A stretch of 64,000 nt of DNA, from positions 11,128 through 75,127 of the forward strand of contig JBMYOQ010000016.1 of NCBI GenBank assembly GCA_049599475.1. The letters run 5' to 3'. Position 1 is the first letter of the stretch. Each line of letters opens with the position of its first letter. This document shows, piece after piece, positions 1 through 9,693 of this stretch. The stretch is from Opitutales bacterium (GTDB taxonomy: Bacteria; Verrucomicrobiota; Verrucomicrobiia; Opitutales; JABSRG01). The notes beneath the pieces were generated by a model. The model made no database searches and was not told where the DNA came from. It saw nothing but the letters and a program-made list of their open reading frames with translations. The position numbers and the translations under genes were made by a program.

Positions 1-2
1 TT

Positions 3-878
3 TCCAAGAATTCAAAAGTAGTCGGTAAATCTCTGCGAGACATCCGCCTCGAGGCTGGAGTTCGTATCGGGTTCATCCGCAAGGGCTCAGATGTATCCCT
101 CCCGACGGCCGATACCGTGATCGAGCACGGCAACGTCGTCGCCCTATTCGGAAAGCCCGAAGACCTACTTGAGATTCGGACTAAATTCGATCCCGGTTGC
201 CGCCTGGATACCGTGCGCGTCGTGCTCTTCGGGGCATCCGAAATTGCGATTTCCCTGATGCGGGTTTTGAATAACCCCCGCTTCAAAATCCGGATCATTG
301 AGAAAGACGAGAAGCTCTGCCGTGTCATGGCAGAGCGCTTTGAGAATGTGACCATCATCCAGGGAGACGCCACATCACTCCGCGTCCTCGAAGAAGAACA
401 AATCGAAAGCGCCGACTACTTCGTCGCCTGCACGAAGGATGACGAAGACAATATCATGACGAGCCTCCAGGCCTCTCGCCTTGGGGCAGAGCATGTGCAG
501 CTGGTCATCAACCGCGCCGACTACCAAGAAGTCATCAGCACGGTAAAAACCACACTCGGTGTGGAGCTCATCGTATCGCCGCGACTCGCAACGGCAAATG
601 AGATTTTGAGAGCGATCTCGCCAGACATGATCGTCGAGCTCGCCTCACTTGAGCAGGCCGGTGCTAAAATCGTAGAGATAAAAATCAGGCCGGATAGCGC
701 CGTTGCCGGTAAAAAGCTTCGAGAAATCTCCCTGCCACAAGGCACCGTAATCATCGCCCTCCTCCATAAATACGCGGCAAAAGTGCCGGGCCCAGACGAT
801 ACCATTATTGGCGGAGACAGGGTCGTCGTAATCGTTCGAAAGGACGAATTAGACGCGCTTAAAACAGCCGTCGAGTAA
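3..878 (+). CDS. trkA: Trk K+ uptake system NAD-binding regulatory subunit TrkA (5' end lies outside the window)
   Basis: Frame is open from nt 3 (SKNSKVVGKSLRDIRL..., RCK_C). It continues into an RCK_N Rossmann domain (VVLFGASEIA...IIEKD...GDAT) and a second RCK_C. Directly upstream of trkH. Confidence 0.93.
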   Translation, partial: SKNSKVVGKSLRDIRLEAGVRIGFIRKGSDVSLPTADTVIEHGNVVALFGKPEDLLEIRTKFDPGCRLDTVRVVLFGASEIAISLMRVLNNPRFKIRIIEKDEKLCRVMAERFENVTIIQGDATSLRVLEEEQIESADYFVACTKDDEDNIMTSLQASRLGAEHVQLVINRADYQEVISTVKTTLGVELIVSPRLATANEILRAISPDMIVELASLEQAGAKIVEIKIRPDSAVAGKKLREISLPQGTVIIALLHKYAAKVPGPDDTIIGGDRVVVIVRKDELDALKTAVE

Positions 879-890
879 TCTACACGATTG

Positions 891-2366
891 ATGAATTACC
901 CACTCGTCATACGCCTTCTTGGATACATGTGCCTCGCCATCAGTGCGGCCTTTCTCATATCACTCGGCGTCGGCTTCCTGTATCCAGATACTGATAGCGA
1001 ATCACAAGCCATCGCTGGATTTGGATATAGCATCGCGATCTCCGCGTCGATCGGAACCGTATTGGCATACCTAGGACGCAATGCGAAGAATCGCATGTTT
1101 CGCAAAGAGGCATTCGCCCTGATCGGGGTATCTTGGTTTGTCTGCAGCACCATCGGGGCCCTACCTTATTTGTTTGCGATGCCGGGTACATCCTTGGCAG
1201 ACGCTTTCTTTGAATCGACCTCTGGACTCACCACGACCGGGGCTTCCGTGTTTACCGATTTCGAATCTTGGCCGCGCAGCCTCCTTTTCTGGCGCTCATT
1301 CAGCCAATGGATCGGCGGCTTGGGTGTAGTTGTATTTTTTGTAGCACTCCTTTCGTCTCTCGGGGCTGGGGCAAAAATATTATTCACCAATGAATCGAGC
1401 GCAGCCTCGACAGATATCGACACCTCGCGTGTTCAAAGCGGCGTATCGAAAATTTTCGCCCTCTATGTATCCCTCACCATCGCTTGCTTTATCTGCCTAG
1501 CCCTCGCGGGCATGAGCTGGTATGATGCAATTTGCCACGCCTTCACAACCCTGGCCACCGGCGGGTTCAGTACGCGTTCGGCTAGTATTGAAGCCTTTCA
1601 GAGCCCACTCATTGAATGGATCATCATTTTTTTCATGGCTCTCGGCGGCACCAGTTTCTTATGGCTTCTTAAAATAGGGAGCAGCCCTTTCAGAGAGATG
1701 TCGCGCAACTCAGAAGTGAAGGTGTATTTCCTAATCCTTACAGTTGCGACCCTCCTGATTGCCATTGAGCTTTTCGAAGGGAACAATGCAACCTCCCTAT
1801 TCGACAGCATCACGAAGAGCGCTTTCCAGGTAGTCTCGCTCATGACATCCACAGGGTTTGCTTCAGCGGATTATGATACATGGATGATGCCCACAAAGAT
1901 CATACTACTCGGGGTAATGATCATCGGAGGCTGCAGTGGCTCCACCGCTGGCGGCTTTAAGGTAATCCGCCTCGTAATCTGCATAAAAGTGGCCTGGGCG
2001 CAGATCGAAAAATCAATACGCAGCAATTTGGTAAAAACACTCCGTGTCAACGGCCGGGTCCTCAAGGAATCGGATCAATTCGCAGTCATCAGTTACGCCG
2101 TCTTGATCGGACTCACCACGACATTTTCAATCGTAGCCTTCGCCGCCCTCGAGCACAATATGAGTTTCAAAAGCTTGGTAGCTGGAGTGTGCGCGTGCCT
2201 CTACAATACAGGTCCATCTTTCGACCAACTCGGTCCCACACAAAACTACGGCCACCTACTTCCCGCTTCGAAAATTTTCCTATCCGTCCTCATGGTCATG
2301 GGACGTCTAGAACTCTACGCAGTCTTCGCTCTCTTCGCGCCGTCGCTCTGGAAGAAATTCTCGTAG
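891..2366 (+). CDS. trkH: Trk K+ uptake permease TrkH
   Basis: Polytopic membrane protein with pore motifs FESTSGLTTTGAS, TLATGGFS, STGF, GGCSGSTAGG and MGRLE. Confidence 0.95.
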   Translation: MNYPLVIRLLGYMCLAISAAFLISLGVGFLYPDTDSESQAIAGFGYSIAISASIGTVLAYLGRNAKNRMFRKEAFALIGVSWFVCSTIGALPYLFAMPGTSLADAFFESTSGLTTTGASVFTDFESWPRSLLFWRSFSQWIGGLGVVVFFVALLSSLGAGAKILFTNESSAASTDIDTSRVQSGVSKIFALYVSLTIACFICLALAGMSWYDAICHAFTTLATGGFSTRSASIEAFQSPLIEWIIIFFMALGGTSFLWLLKIGSSPFREMSRNSEVKVYFLILTVATLLIAIELFEGNNATSLFDSITKSAFQVVSLMTSTGFASADYDTWMMPTKIILLGVMIIGGCSGSTAGGFKVIRLVICIKVAWAQIEKSIRSNLVKTLRVNGRVLKESDQFAVISYAVLIGLTTTFSIVAFAALEHNMSFKSLVAGVCACLYNTGPSFDQLGPTQNYGHLLPASKIFLSVLMVMGRLELYAVFALFAPSLWKKFS

Positions 2367-2382
2367 GGGACCCAGGACGTTT

Positions 2383-2889
2383 TCAGCGATTCCAGGGCAT
2401 CTTTGCTAGCATCAAGCCCATGCCGCAGATGTCGGTGACTCCGGCGAAGACTAGGCCGCAGCCTACGAAAATGGGGACTGCGAAGAAGCCCGCGTGAACT
2501 GTCAGGCCGAGGATCGAGAATATCGCGACCAGGGCACCTGCACCTATGCGAACTTGGCGTTCGATGCTAATGCTGCCTCCTTGGCCTTTTTCCGTAGGGT
2601 AGCCGGCTGAAGTCCAAGAGTTCAGACCGCCTTCTACGCTGATCACTTCTTGATCGCTCTTTTGAGCAAGGAGTTCGGCAGCTTTTTTGGAACGCACTCC
2701 CGACTGGCAGATCAGGACGAGGGGTTTGCCTGAAAGGTGTTCCGCACCCCCTTTCTCGATCGCGTCGAGCGGGATATTTTCTGCGTGAGCTAAGTGCTCG
2801 CCTCGATACTCACCGGGCGAGCGCACATCGATCCAGGTGTAATCTTCAGATGAGAGATTTTGAGCTTCGGATACGCTTAAAGTTTTCAT
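2383..2889 (-). CDS. Rhodanese-domain membrane protein with C-terminal DUF2892 (YgaP-like)
   Basis: IDVRSPGEY...ICQSGVRS...EGGL rhodanese domain, followed by ERQVRI and two TM helices ending CGMGLMLAKMPWN. Confidence 0.88.
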   Translation of the reverse strand: MKTLSVSEAQNLSSEDYTWIDVRSPGEYRGEHLAHAENIPLDAIEKGGAEHLSGKPLVLICQSGVRSKKAAELLAQKSDQEVISVEGGLNSWTSAGYPTEKGQGGSISIERQVRIGAGALVAIFSILGLTVHAGFFAVPIFVGCGLVFAGVTDICGMGLMLAKMPWNR

Positions 2890-2945
2890 GATATAATATC
2901 GGATCTTCGAATGGGGGATTTCATTCCTTCAATTATATTTAGATC

Positions 2946-2974
2946 TCACGCTCACTTCGCTCAAGGCCCTAAGA
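2946..2974 (+). repeat. Dispersed intergenic repeat, copy 1 (TCACGCTCRCTTCGCTCAAGRCCCKAAGA)
   Basis: 26/29 identical to 63882-63910. Confidence 0.6.
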
Positions 2975-3157
2975 GTTCAGAGTGACTGAAAGAATTTCGG
3001 CTAAACCATTCCTCAAAACTATATTCAATCATTTTCAAACTCATCAGATGTAGCGGATCCATTGGGACGCCAATACTAAAGGATGCTCAAAGGCGCGGCA
3101 CCAGAGTGCCGCGGCTTCACCGATTCATAATCAAAATAACGAGCGCAATCCCCCGCT

Positions 3158-3700
3158 CTACAGGAGGCCGAGCATCATTTTGCCTTCTTCGGAAATCATA
3201 TCTTGGGTCCACACCGGGTCCCAGACGATTTCGACTTCGGCATCTGCTACACCGGGAACCACTTTGACTTTGTTCTTGGCGTCTTCAGCGATAGTGGGGC
3301 CCATGCCACAGCCAGGAGCCGTGAGTGTCATATCTACATGGACGTTAAATTGTGCGCCCTCTTCCTTGACCTCCATGTTGTAGACCAAACCAAGGTCTAC
3401 AATATTCACGGGGATTTCGGGGTCGTAGACTTTTTTCAACTGTTCCCAAATCTTTTCAGCATCTGGCGGTCCGTCGTGGTCGGCTCCGTCGCCTTCGATT
3501 CCATCTGATACAATCTCCTCTCCCAAGGCATCCGCATATTCACTCGCTACGCGGAACATGCCGTGGTCAGTCATGATTGTGAAATTCCCTCCAAGGCGGT
3601 GCGTAATGACGACACGGGTACCTTCTTCGAGTGTAAAGGGATCCCCCTGAGGAATCAAAGTAGCCTCGATATCTCGGCTTAATATACGATCTTCAGTCAT
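3158..3700 (-). CDS. sufT: Fe-S cluster assembly protein SufT (long form, DUF59)
   Basis: [15 protein letters not shown]...[11 protein letters not shown]...WDPVW DUF59 motif with an N-terminal extension; last gene of the suf cluster. Confidence 0.9.
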   Translation of the reverse strand: MTEDRILSRDIEATLIPQGDPFTLEEGTRVVITHRLGGNFTIMTDHGMFRVASEYADALGEEIVSDGIEGDGADHDGPPDAEKIWEQLKKVYDPEIPVNIVDLGLVYNMEVKEEGAQFNVHVDMTLTAPGCGMGPTIAEDAKNKVKVVPGVADAEVEIVWDPVWTQDMISEEGKMMLGLL

Positions 3701-3702
3701 TG

Positions 3703-5034
3703 CTAGGCTGCCGTGTGGGTAGAGAATTTCTTTTCGATGAGTTCGCGAACGGTGTCTTGGATCGACTCCGCAGAGATCTTTTCAGTGACTTCTTCGAGGA
3801 ATCCGGTGACCATCAAATGCTTGGCGATGCGCGGTGGAATACCACGTTGCAAGAAGTAGAAGAGCTCTTCTTCGCTTAGCTTACCCGTTGTCGCACCATG
3901 TGAGCACTTCACGTCGTTTGCTGAGATTTCTAGTCCCGGCAGTGAGTTGGCCTCGGCGGTATTATCCAAAAGGATGTTTCGATTGGTCTGGTAAGCATCC
4001 GTCTGCTGAGCATCATCTCCGACACGTATCAATCCGGAGAATACAGTACGTGCCGAGTCCATCAGGGCATTCTTGTATAGAAGGTCTGAGAATGTGTTGG
4101 CCGCTACGTGTGTTTGGAAAGTGCGCTGGTCAAACTCTTGGGTGCCGTCAGCTACCGTGAGAGCATACATTTTTGCATTGGCTCCTGTGCCCTCGACACT
4201 CACTTGGTTTTCATAGCGAGCTTTCTTCGAACCCAAATTGATCGCAGCCGACTGGAACTCCGCGTCGCGAGACACAAAGCCAGAATCCAATTGGAAGATG
4301 TTCGAGCTGGTATTGATATTTTGGATTGCTGTCCGTTCAACGCGCGCACCGTTGCTCACGTGAACATGAGCCGAAGCTGAGACATATGCGCCCTCTGCGC
4401 CTTCAGCAGTCAGATAAGAATCGAGCACTTGGACACGCGCATTATCTTCTGCCACAACAAGCGTGTGGGGGAAGGTCGCGACACGAGAACCAGTGGCCTC
4501 GTATGTAGCTGCAATGAATCCTGAAACCTCGACGTTTTTCGGGACGAAGACAAAGAGTCCGTTGGAAACCAGTGCACGATGGAGATACTCAAATTTCTCT
4601 GAGCCCAACTCCGTTGTGTTCTGGAACAACCAGGGACGAATTGCTGATTCGTTCTCCGCAAGAGCGGCGCTCAGGCTAGAAATAATGACACCTTGCTCAG
4701 CAAGCTCAGCAGGCACCTCAGGTGCGCTCACAAGCACATCGTCCACAAAATGGAAGTGCATCAATGCATCCTTCGCGGCTGGCAAGGACACCGATGGGCT
4801 CAAGAGCCCTTCGTTCGGTACCGACAATTCCACGTCATCGAGGATCGTGCGATTGACTGTCGCGAAGCGCCATTGCTCATCTTTACGTGTAGGCAAAGGC
4901 AGTTTGCTAAAGTGCTCCCAGGCTTCTAGGCGGGCTTTTTGAACCCATACTGGCTCATTGGAAAATTTCTCTTCAATGAAGGCCGGGCCGTCTAATTGGC
5001 TTAAGTTGCTATTCACTAATGTATTCGAAATCAT
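3703..5034 (-). CDS. sufD: Fe-S cluster assembly protein SufD
   Basis: EQWRF near the N-terminus, [17 protein letters not shown] and LFYFLQRGI; follows sufB. Confidence 0.93.
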   Translation of the reverse strand: MISNTLVNSNLSQLDGPAFIEEKFSNEPVWVQKARLEAWEHFSKLPLPTRKDEQWRFATVNRTILDDVELSVPNEGLLSPSVSLPAAKDALMHFHFVDDVLVSAPEVPAELAEQGVIISSLSAALAENESAIRPWLFQNTTELGSEKFEYLHRALVSNGLFVFVPKNVEVSGFIAATYEATGSRVATFPHTLVVAEDNARVQVLDSYLTAEGAEGAYVSASAHVHVSNGARVERTAIQNINTSSNIFQLDSGFVSRDAEFQSAAINLGSKKARYENQVSVEGTGANAKMYALTVADGTQEFDQRTFQTHVAANTFSDLLYKNALMDSARTVFSGLIRVGDDAQQTDAYQTNRNILLDNTAEANSLPGLEISANDVKCSHGATTGKLSEEELFYFLQRGIPPRIAKHLMVTGFLEEVTEKISAESIQDTVRELIEKKFSTHTAA

Positions 5035-5062
5035 GATGTTTATTCTTTCGATGGGGTGCTCC

Positions 5063-6475
5063 TTAACCCACAGACCCTTCCATTTCCATTTCGATGAGGC
5101 GCTTGAGCTCCACCGAATACTCCATTGGGAAGGCTTTGATGAGATCGTTCACAAAGCCATTGACCGCTAAGCTCATCGCTTGGCCCTCGTCGAGACCTCG
5201 CTGCATCATGTAGAAAATTTGCTCAGCGCTTACTTTAGAAACTGATGCCTCGTGTTGGACCGAGTTCCCCTCGCCAGTCACGGTGATCGCAGGATAAGTG
5301 TCGGTGCGGCTGTTTGTATTAATCAAAAGCGCATCACACTCAGTATTATTCTTACAGCCCTTCACATCCTTTGGCATGTAGACTTGTCCACGATAGATGG
5401 ACTGCCCTTCACCAATTGAAATAGACTTCGCAATGATGTTGGAGCTGGTGTCGCTCGCCAGGTGAAGCATTTTTGCTCCAGTGTCTTGCTGCTGCCCATC
5501 ATTCGCCAAAGCGATAGAAAGCACTTCGCCACGAGCCCCCTTGCCCTTCAGGACAACACCTGGGTATTTCATGGTGAGGCGGCTACCGATATTACAATCG
5601 ATCCACTTCACCTCCGCGCCCTCTTCGGCCATTGCGCGTTTGGTGACCAAGTTGAATACATTATTCGACCAGTTTTGAACGGTGATGTATTGGATTTTAG
5701 CATCCTTCAATGCCACCAACTCAACGACCGCGGAGTGCAGAGTCGATGTCTCAAACTTCGGGGCTGTGCAGCCTTCCATGTAAGTGACCTCGGCTCCTTC
5801 GTCGGCAATGATTAAGGTGCGCTCGAATTGCCCGAAGCTTTCCGCATTGATACGGAAGTAGGCCTGTAACGGCTGCTTCACCTTCACACCTTTGGGAATG
5901 TAAATGAATGAACCTCCAGAGAATACCGCGCTGTTGAGTGCAGAGTATTTGTTGTCCCCGGTCGGGATGACCTTTCCGAAGTATGGCTTGAAAATTTCTG
6001 GATGTTTTTCGAGGGCCTCTGTGGAGCCCATGAAAATGACACCTTCCTTCTCAAGGTCGTCCTTCATGCGTGAATACGCGGCCTCGGAGTCGAACTGCGC
6101 TTCGACACCTGCGAGGAACTTGCGCTCACTCTCAGGAATTCCGAGACGCTCGAACGTCTCTTTTACGTCGTCAGGCACTTCGTCCCAGGTACGGGAAGGC
6201 TGCTGGCCCTTGGAAAGGTAGTAGCGGATAGTATCGTAATTGATATTCTCCAAATCCTTCGTGGCCCAGTGTGTTGGGTTGGGCTTGCGCTTAAACACTT
6301 CAAGCGCCTTGAGACGGAATTGGCGAACCCAGTCTGCCTCCTTTTTGACTTTGGAAATATACTCGATGGTCTCTTCGGTGAGGCCCACCCCAGCATCGTA
6401 AGCGTAATCTTCCTTGTAGTGGAAATTACCCTTATCGCGATCGATCGTATTCAGCGTTTCGGCTTCGGACATCAT
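5063..6475 (-). CDS. sufB: Fe-S cluster assembly protein SufB
   Basis: [29 protein letters not shown] and FPMEYSVEL motifs. Start set to ATG 6475 (or 6472) to avoid overlap with sufC. Confidence 0.96.
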   Translation of the reverse strand: MMSEAETLNTIDRDKGNFHYKEDYAYDAGVGLTEETIEYISKVKKEADWVRQFRLKALEVFKRKPNPTHWATKDLENINYDTIRYYLSKGQQPSRTWDEVPDDVKETFERLGIPESERKFLAGVEAQFDSEAAYSRMKDDLEKEGVIFMGSTEALEKHPEIFKPYFGKVIPTGDNKYSALNSAVFSGGSFIYIPKGVKVKQPLQAYFRINAESFGQFERTLIIADEGAEVTYMEGCTAPKFETSTLHSAVVELVALKDAKIQYITVQNWSNNVFNLVTKRAMAEEGAEVKWIDCNIGSRLTMKYPGVVLKGKGARGEVLSIALANDGQQQDTGAKMLHLASDTSSNIIAKSISIGEGQSIYRGQVYMPKDVKGCKNNTECDALLINTNSRTDTYPAITVTGEGNSVQHEASVSKVSAEQIFYMMQRGLDEGQAMSLAVNGFVNDLIKAFPMEYSVELKRLIEMEMEGSVG

Positions 6476-6519
6476 AGGGATATCGGTGTTTGAAATTCGT
6501 GTTGTGATGCGTGCGGGAG

Positions 6520-7284
6520 TTAGGCGGGAGCGCCGACCAACTCGTTTTTGACCCACTCGTAGCCGTTCTTCTCAAGTTCCTTGGCGAGGTCGGGTCCACC
6601 ACTTTGGACAATACGACCGTCGAACATGATATGAACCACGTCGGGCACGATGTAATCGAGGAGGCGCTGGTAGTGAGTGATCACGACCATGGAACGCTCT
6701 GGTGAGCGAAGGGTATTCACACCTTCGGAAACGATGCGAAGGGCGTCGATATCGAGGCCTGAATCTGTCTCGTCAAGAACCGCTACCTTGGGCTCAAGCA
6801 TCGCCATCTGGAGAATTTCGCAGCGTTTCTTTTCACCGCCCGAGAAACCTTCGTTTACCGAGCGCGCTGTGAATTTGCGATCGATCTTGAGCGAATCCAT
6901 CTTCTCATAAAGTTCGCGGTAATAGGCCGGTGCATTGATTTCCTCTCCTTCTGGAAGACGAGCCTGGCGGGCCGCGCGAATGAAGTTCGCGATGGTTACA
7001 CCAGGAATCTCGATAGGATACTGGAATGCCAGGAAGAGGCCCGCACGCGAGATTTCGTCTGGCTCTTCGCCAAGGATGTTTTCTCCATCCAGAGCTACAC
7101 TACCGGAATCGACCGTGTAGTCTTCGTGGCCCGCGAGAACCTTCGCGAGGGTGCTCTTACCTGTGCCGTTTGGCCCCATGATGGCGTGCACTTCGCCTTT
7201 GGGCACAGACAGGGAGAAGTCCTTCAAGATAGGGCTTCCGTTGATGGATACGTTTAGGTTTTGGATTTCGAGTGCGTTGCTCAT
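6520..7284 (-). CDS. sufC: Fe-S cluster assembly ATPase SufC
   Basis: [29 protein letters not shown] and ITHYQRLL motifs. Confidence 0.97.
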   Translation of the reverse strand: MSNALEIQNLNVSINGSPILKDFSLSVPKGEVHAIMGPNGTGKSTLAKVLAGHEDYTVDSGSVALDGENILGEEPDEISRAGLFLAFQYPIEIPGVTIANFIRAARQARLPEGEEINAPAYYRELYEKMDSLKIDRKFTARSVNEGFSGGEKKRCEILQMAMLEPKVAVLDETDSGLDIDALRIVSEGVNTLRSPERSMVVITHYQRLLDYIVPDVVHIMFDGRIVQSGGPDLAKELEKNGYEWVKNELVGAPA

Positions 7285-7296
7285 TGGAAAATGTTT

Positions 7297-7755
7297 CTAG
7301 GAATTTGCTGGATGCTTGGGTGCGGTGGGCTTGGCGGCAGGCGCTTCGCCGTCGAATGAAAGTTCAAAATTGCGGATCTTGAATCCCGAAGGCAGGAGAT
7401 GCTCGAGGGTCTTGATCACGGAGTTGGGTAGGTGCACATCGTAGACGCGGCCTGACTTACTGCAGTGGAAGTGAGCGTGCTCCTGCAGATTTGGACAGAA
7501 GCGTGTAGGCTCGCGGTCGAAATTCACACTGCGGACGAGCCCAGATTGCACGAGGGTTTCCAAGCAATTGTAGACCGTGGCGAGGGAGATCGTCGGCATG
7601 GACTCCTTGGATCGTGCGTAGACTTCTTCAGCAGTCGGATGGTCTCGCTTTTCGAGAATCACACCATAGACATGCTCGCGCTGGCGAGTTGGGCGGAGAC
7701 CCATTTTCTCGAGCGCTTCATCGAATTCAACCTTAAACTCTGGTTTTAATTTCAT
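7297..7755 (-). CDS. Fur-family transcriptional regulator (Irr/PerR-like), first gene of the suf operon
   Basis: [21 protein letters not shown] and HAHF motifs; no CxxC pairs. Confidence 0.9.
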   Translation of the reverse strand: MKLKPEFKVEFDEALEKMGLRPTRQREHVYGVILEKRDHPTAEEVYARSKESMPTISLATVYNCLETLVQSGLVRSVNFDREPTRFCPNLQEHAHFHCSKSGRVYDVHLPNSVIKTLEHLLPSGFKIRNFELSFDGEAPAAKPTAPKHPANS

Positions 7756-7772
7756 CTAGAATCTTATTTATA

Positions 7773-7805
7773 CTAAGAATTGTTCTAAATTGGAATCATT
7801 CTAAA
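7773..7805. promoter_or_regulatory. Two tandem ICE-like (7-3-7) palindromic operators
   Basis: CTAAGAA-TTG-TTCTAAA (7773-7789) and ATTGGAA-TCA-TTCTAAA (7789-7805) resemble the Irr ICE consensus TTTAGAA-N3-TTCTAAA. They lie 18-50 bp upstream of the regulator start. Confidence 0.7.
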
Positions 7806-8107
7806 AAGACATAAAAGTCAAGATTCGCGAAATGATTTTCCGGAAAAAAGTTAGCCCAAGCTCACAATCCATCAGGACAATCCTAAAACCTGAGATCGCC
7901 AAAATTATACATCCCTCTAATAAACAGCATTTTACGAACTCATCGATCCGCCCAAGAGACACCCATCTTAGCTTCCCCCAAACACACCTCGAAACTCAAA
8001 TTTACAGGGATTCGGTCTCAATAAAGACGTGAAATAGGTAGATTTATCGAAATTCGGAAACTTTCAGTCCGTCCATAGGTTATTAGTTAGCATAAGAAAC
8101 ACGTGTC

Positions 8108-8153
8108 GGGTGGGCAACGGAGCGAGAGATCCTCCTGCCCACCCTATTTTTTT
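8108..8153 (+). terminator. Rho-independent terminator-like hairpin on the + strand with no annotated + gene upstream
   Basis: GGGTGGGCA...TGCCCACCC stem with inner GGAG/CTCC pairing, followed by TATTTTTTT. Confidence 0.6.
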
Positions 8154-8236
8154 GGGAAACCCGCTGATAGCCGAACTATCAAACGCTTCGGAAGAGCGAG
8201 GACGAACAGCTTCAGAGAGAGTCCCTGCAGCGAAAA

Positions 8237-8899
8237 CTAAGGTTTATTTACCTTGATCGGCTTTTTCCGAGCGGGAAAACACTGATGACAGATTTCGCAG
8301 CCATGCTCAGCTCCATCGCAGGTCCGACGCGCTTGGCAAAATTCGCGTCCATAGAAAATGATCTGCAAGTGCAGCTTGTTCCACGTTTCCTTGGGAAAGA
8401 GTTTCTTCAGGTCCGCCTCGGTCTGTTTGACGTTCTTCCCTTGGGTCAATTTCCAACGCTGAGCGAGACGATGAATATGCGTATCCACCGGAAACGCTGG
8501 CACTCCAAAGGCTTGAGACATCACTACGCTAGCCGTCTTGTGGCCTACACCGGGAAGCGCCTCGAGCTGCTCGATATTCTCGGGAACGTTCCCTCCATAC
8601 TCATCCACCAAGATATGCGAGAGGGCCGCGATATTTTTTGATTTGGCAGGCGCCAGTCCACACGGGCGAATGATCGCATGAATTTTCTCCAAAGGCACAT
8701 GTATCATACCCTCTGGAGTATCTGCCTGAGCAAATAAATCCGGAGTCACTTGATTGACGCGTTCATCCGTACATTGCGCGGAGAGCAATACTGCGACTAA
8801 AAGAGTGTAAGGGCTTGTGTGATCCAGCGGTATCGGCGGGTCGGGATACAGCTCATCAAGCAAGTTCTGTATATATACTGCGCGTTCCTGCTTCTTCAT
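8237..8899 (-). CDS. nth: Endonuclease III
   Basis: LLSAQCTDERVN, HhH LPGVGHKTA, FPVDTHIHR and a C-terminal Cys cluster; start at ATG 8899. Confidence 0.93.
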   Translation of the reverse strand: MKKQERAVYIQNLLDELYPDPPIPLDHTSPYTLLVAVLLSAQCTDERVNQVTPDLFAQADTPEGMIHVPLEKIHAIIRPCGLAPAKSKNIAALSHILVDEYGGNVPENIEQLEALPGVGHKTASVVMSQAFGVPAFPVDTHIHRLAQRWKLTQGKNVKQTEADLKKLFPKETWNKLHLQIIFYGREFCQARRTCDGAEHGCEICHQCFPARKKPIKVNKP

Positions 8900-8901
8900 A
8901 A

Positions 8902-9693
8902 TTACATTACATCCGCAAAGGAGCTTTTGATCCACCGAAAGAACAGATAACCCGTCACCAAAACTCCGAGACAAAATGCCATAGATATAGAGACGCCCAA
9001 CCAGCTGACTTCTGATCCAAATAAGATGGCGGACCGTGCGGAACTCAGAAGATGTATTAACGGATTAAAGCGTAAAAACTCCCAGACTCCTGGCTCTCGC
9101 TGCGCTACCATTTCAGGAGAGTAAAAGACTGCGCTCGCATAGAGTAAGACCAAACCAAGGACTCCTGAAATTTGCTGTAAATCTCTGATAAAGACACCGA
9201 GTGCGGAAAACCAAAACGCCACACCCAAGCTCAGAAACACCAAAGCAAGAACCGAGAATATCAGGGACGGAATCCCTTCGATGTGGAAGACCCCGGCAAA
9301 CAGAGCCCCTACGACCACTAGCCCTAACTGTACCAATAAAGTAACCACAGGTGCGCCCACAGCCGATAGCGGCAACAGCTCCAAAGGGAAGGACACCTTT
9401 TTAACGTACACGGTGTTTCCTAGAATAATATGAGGAGCGCTCTGCAGCACCTCACTAAAGAAATTAAAGAGCGCAAGGCTTAGAAAAATGCCGAGCGCAT
9501 AAAAGGCAGGCGAATCATCTGGCTGAGCGATATAACGCCCTCCGAAAATCAAGCCAAACACAGTCGTATATACCGCCATCATCATGAGGGGCTGCCCGAT
9601 CATCCAACCCCAACCGAGAATCGATCCGCGAAAACGTTGCTGAATAGATCGCACAGTGAGTTGCTTCAATAGATGCCAATGTGCCGAATTCAT
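8902..9693 (-). CDS. ABC-2 type polysaccharide export permease (Wzm/RfbA-like)
   Basis: RFRGSILGWGW...PL, YVKKVSFPLELLP, RDL and NPL motifs; about 6 TM helices. Confidence 0.85.
   Translation of the reverse strand: MNSAHWHLLKQLTVRSIQQRFRGSILGWGWMIGQPLMMMAVYTTVFGLIFGGRYIAQPDDSPAFYALGIFLSLALFNFFSEVLQSAPHIILGNTVYVKKVSFPLELLPLSAVGAPVVTLLVQLGLVVVGALFAGVFHIEGIPSLIFSVLALVFLSLGVAFWFSALGVFIRDLQQISGVLGLVLLYASAVFYSPEMVAQREPGVWEFLRFNPLIHLLSSARSAILFGSEVSWLGVSISMAFCLGVLVTGYLFFRWIKSSFADVM

Noticed and set aside
5063..6556. Extended SufB N-terminus or intein
   Set aside because: The extension overlaps sufC; the protein length is normal with no intein motifs.
7832..8032. 66-aa + strand ORF upstream of the regulator
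   Set aside because: No RBS or recognisable motif; composition resembles non-coding sequence.
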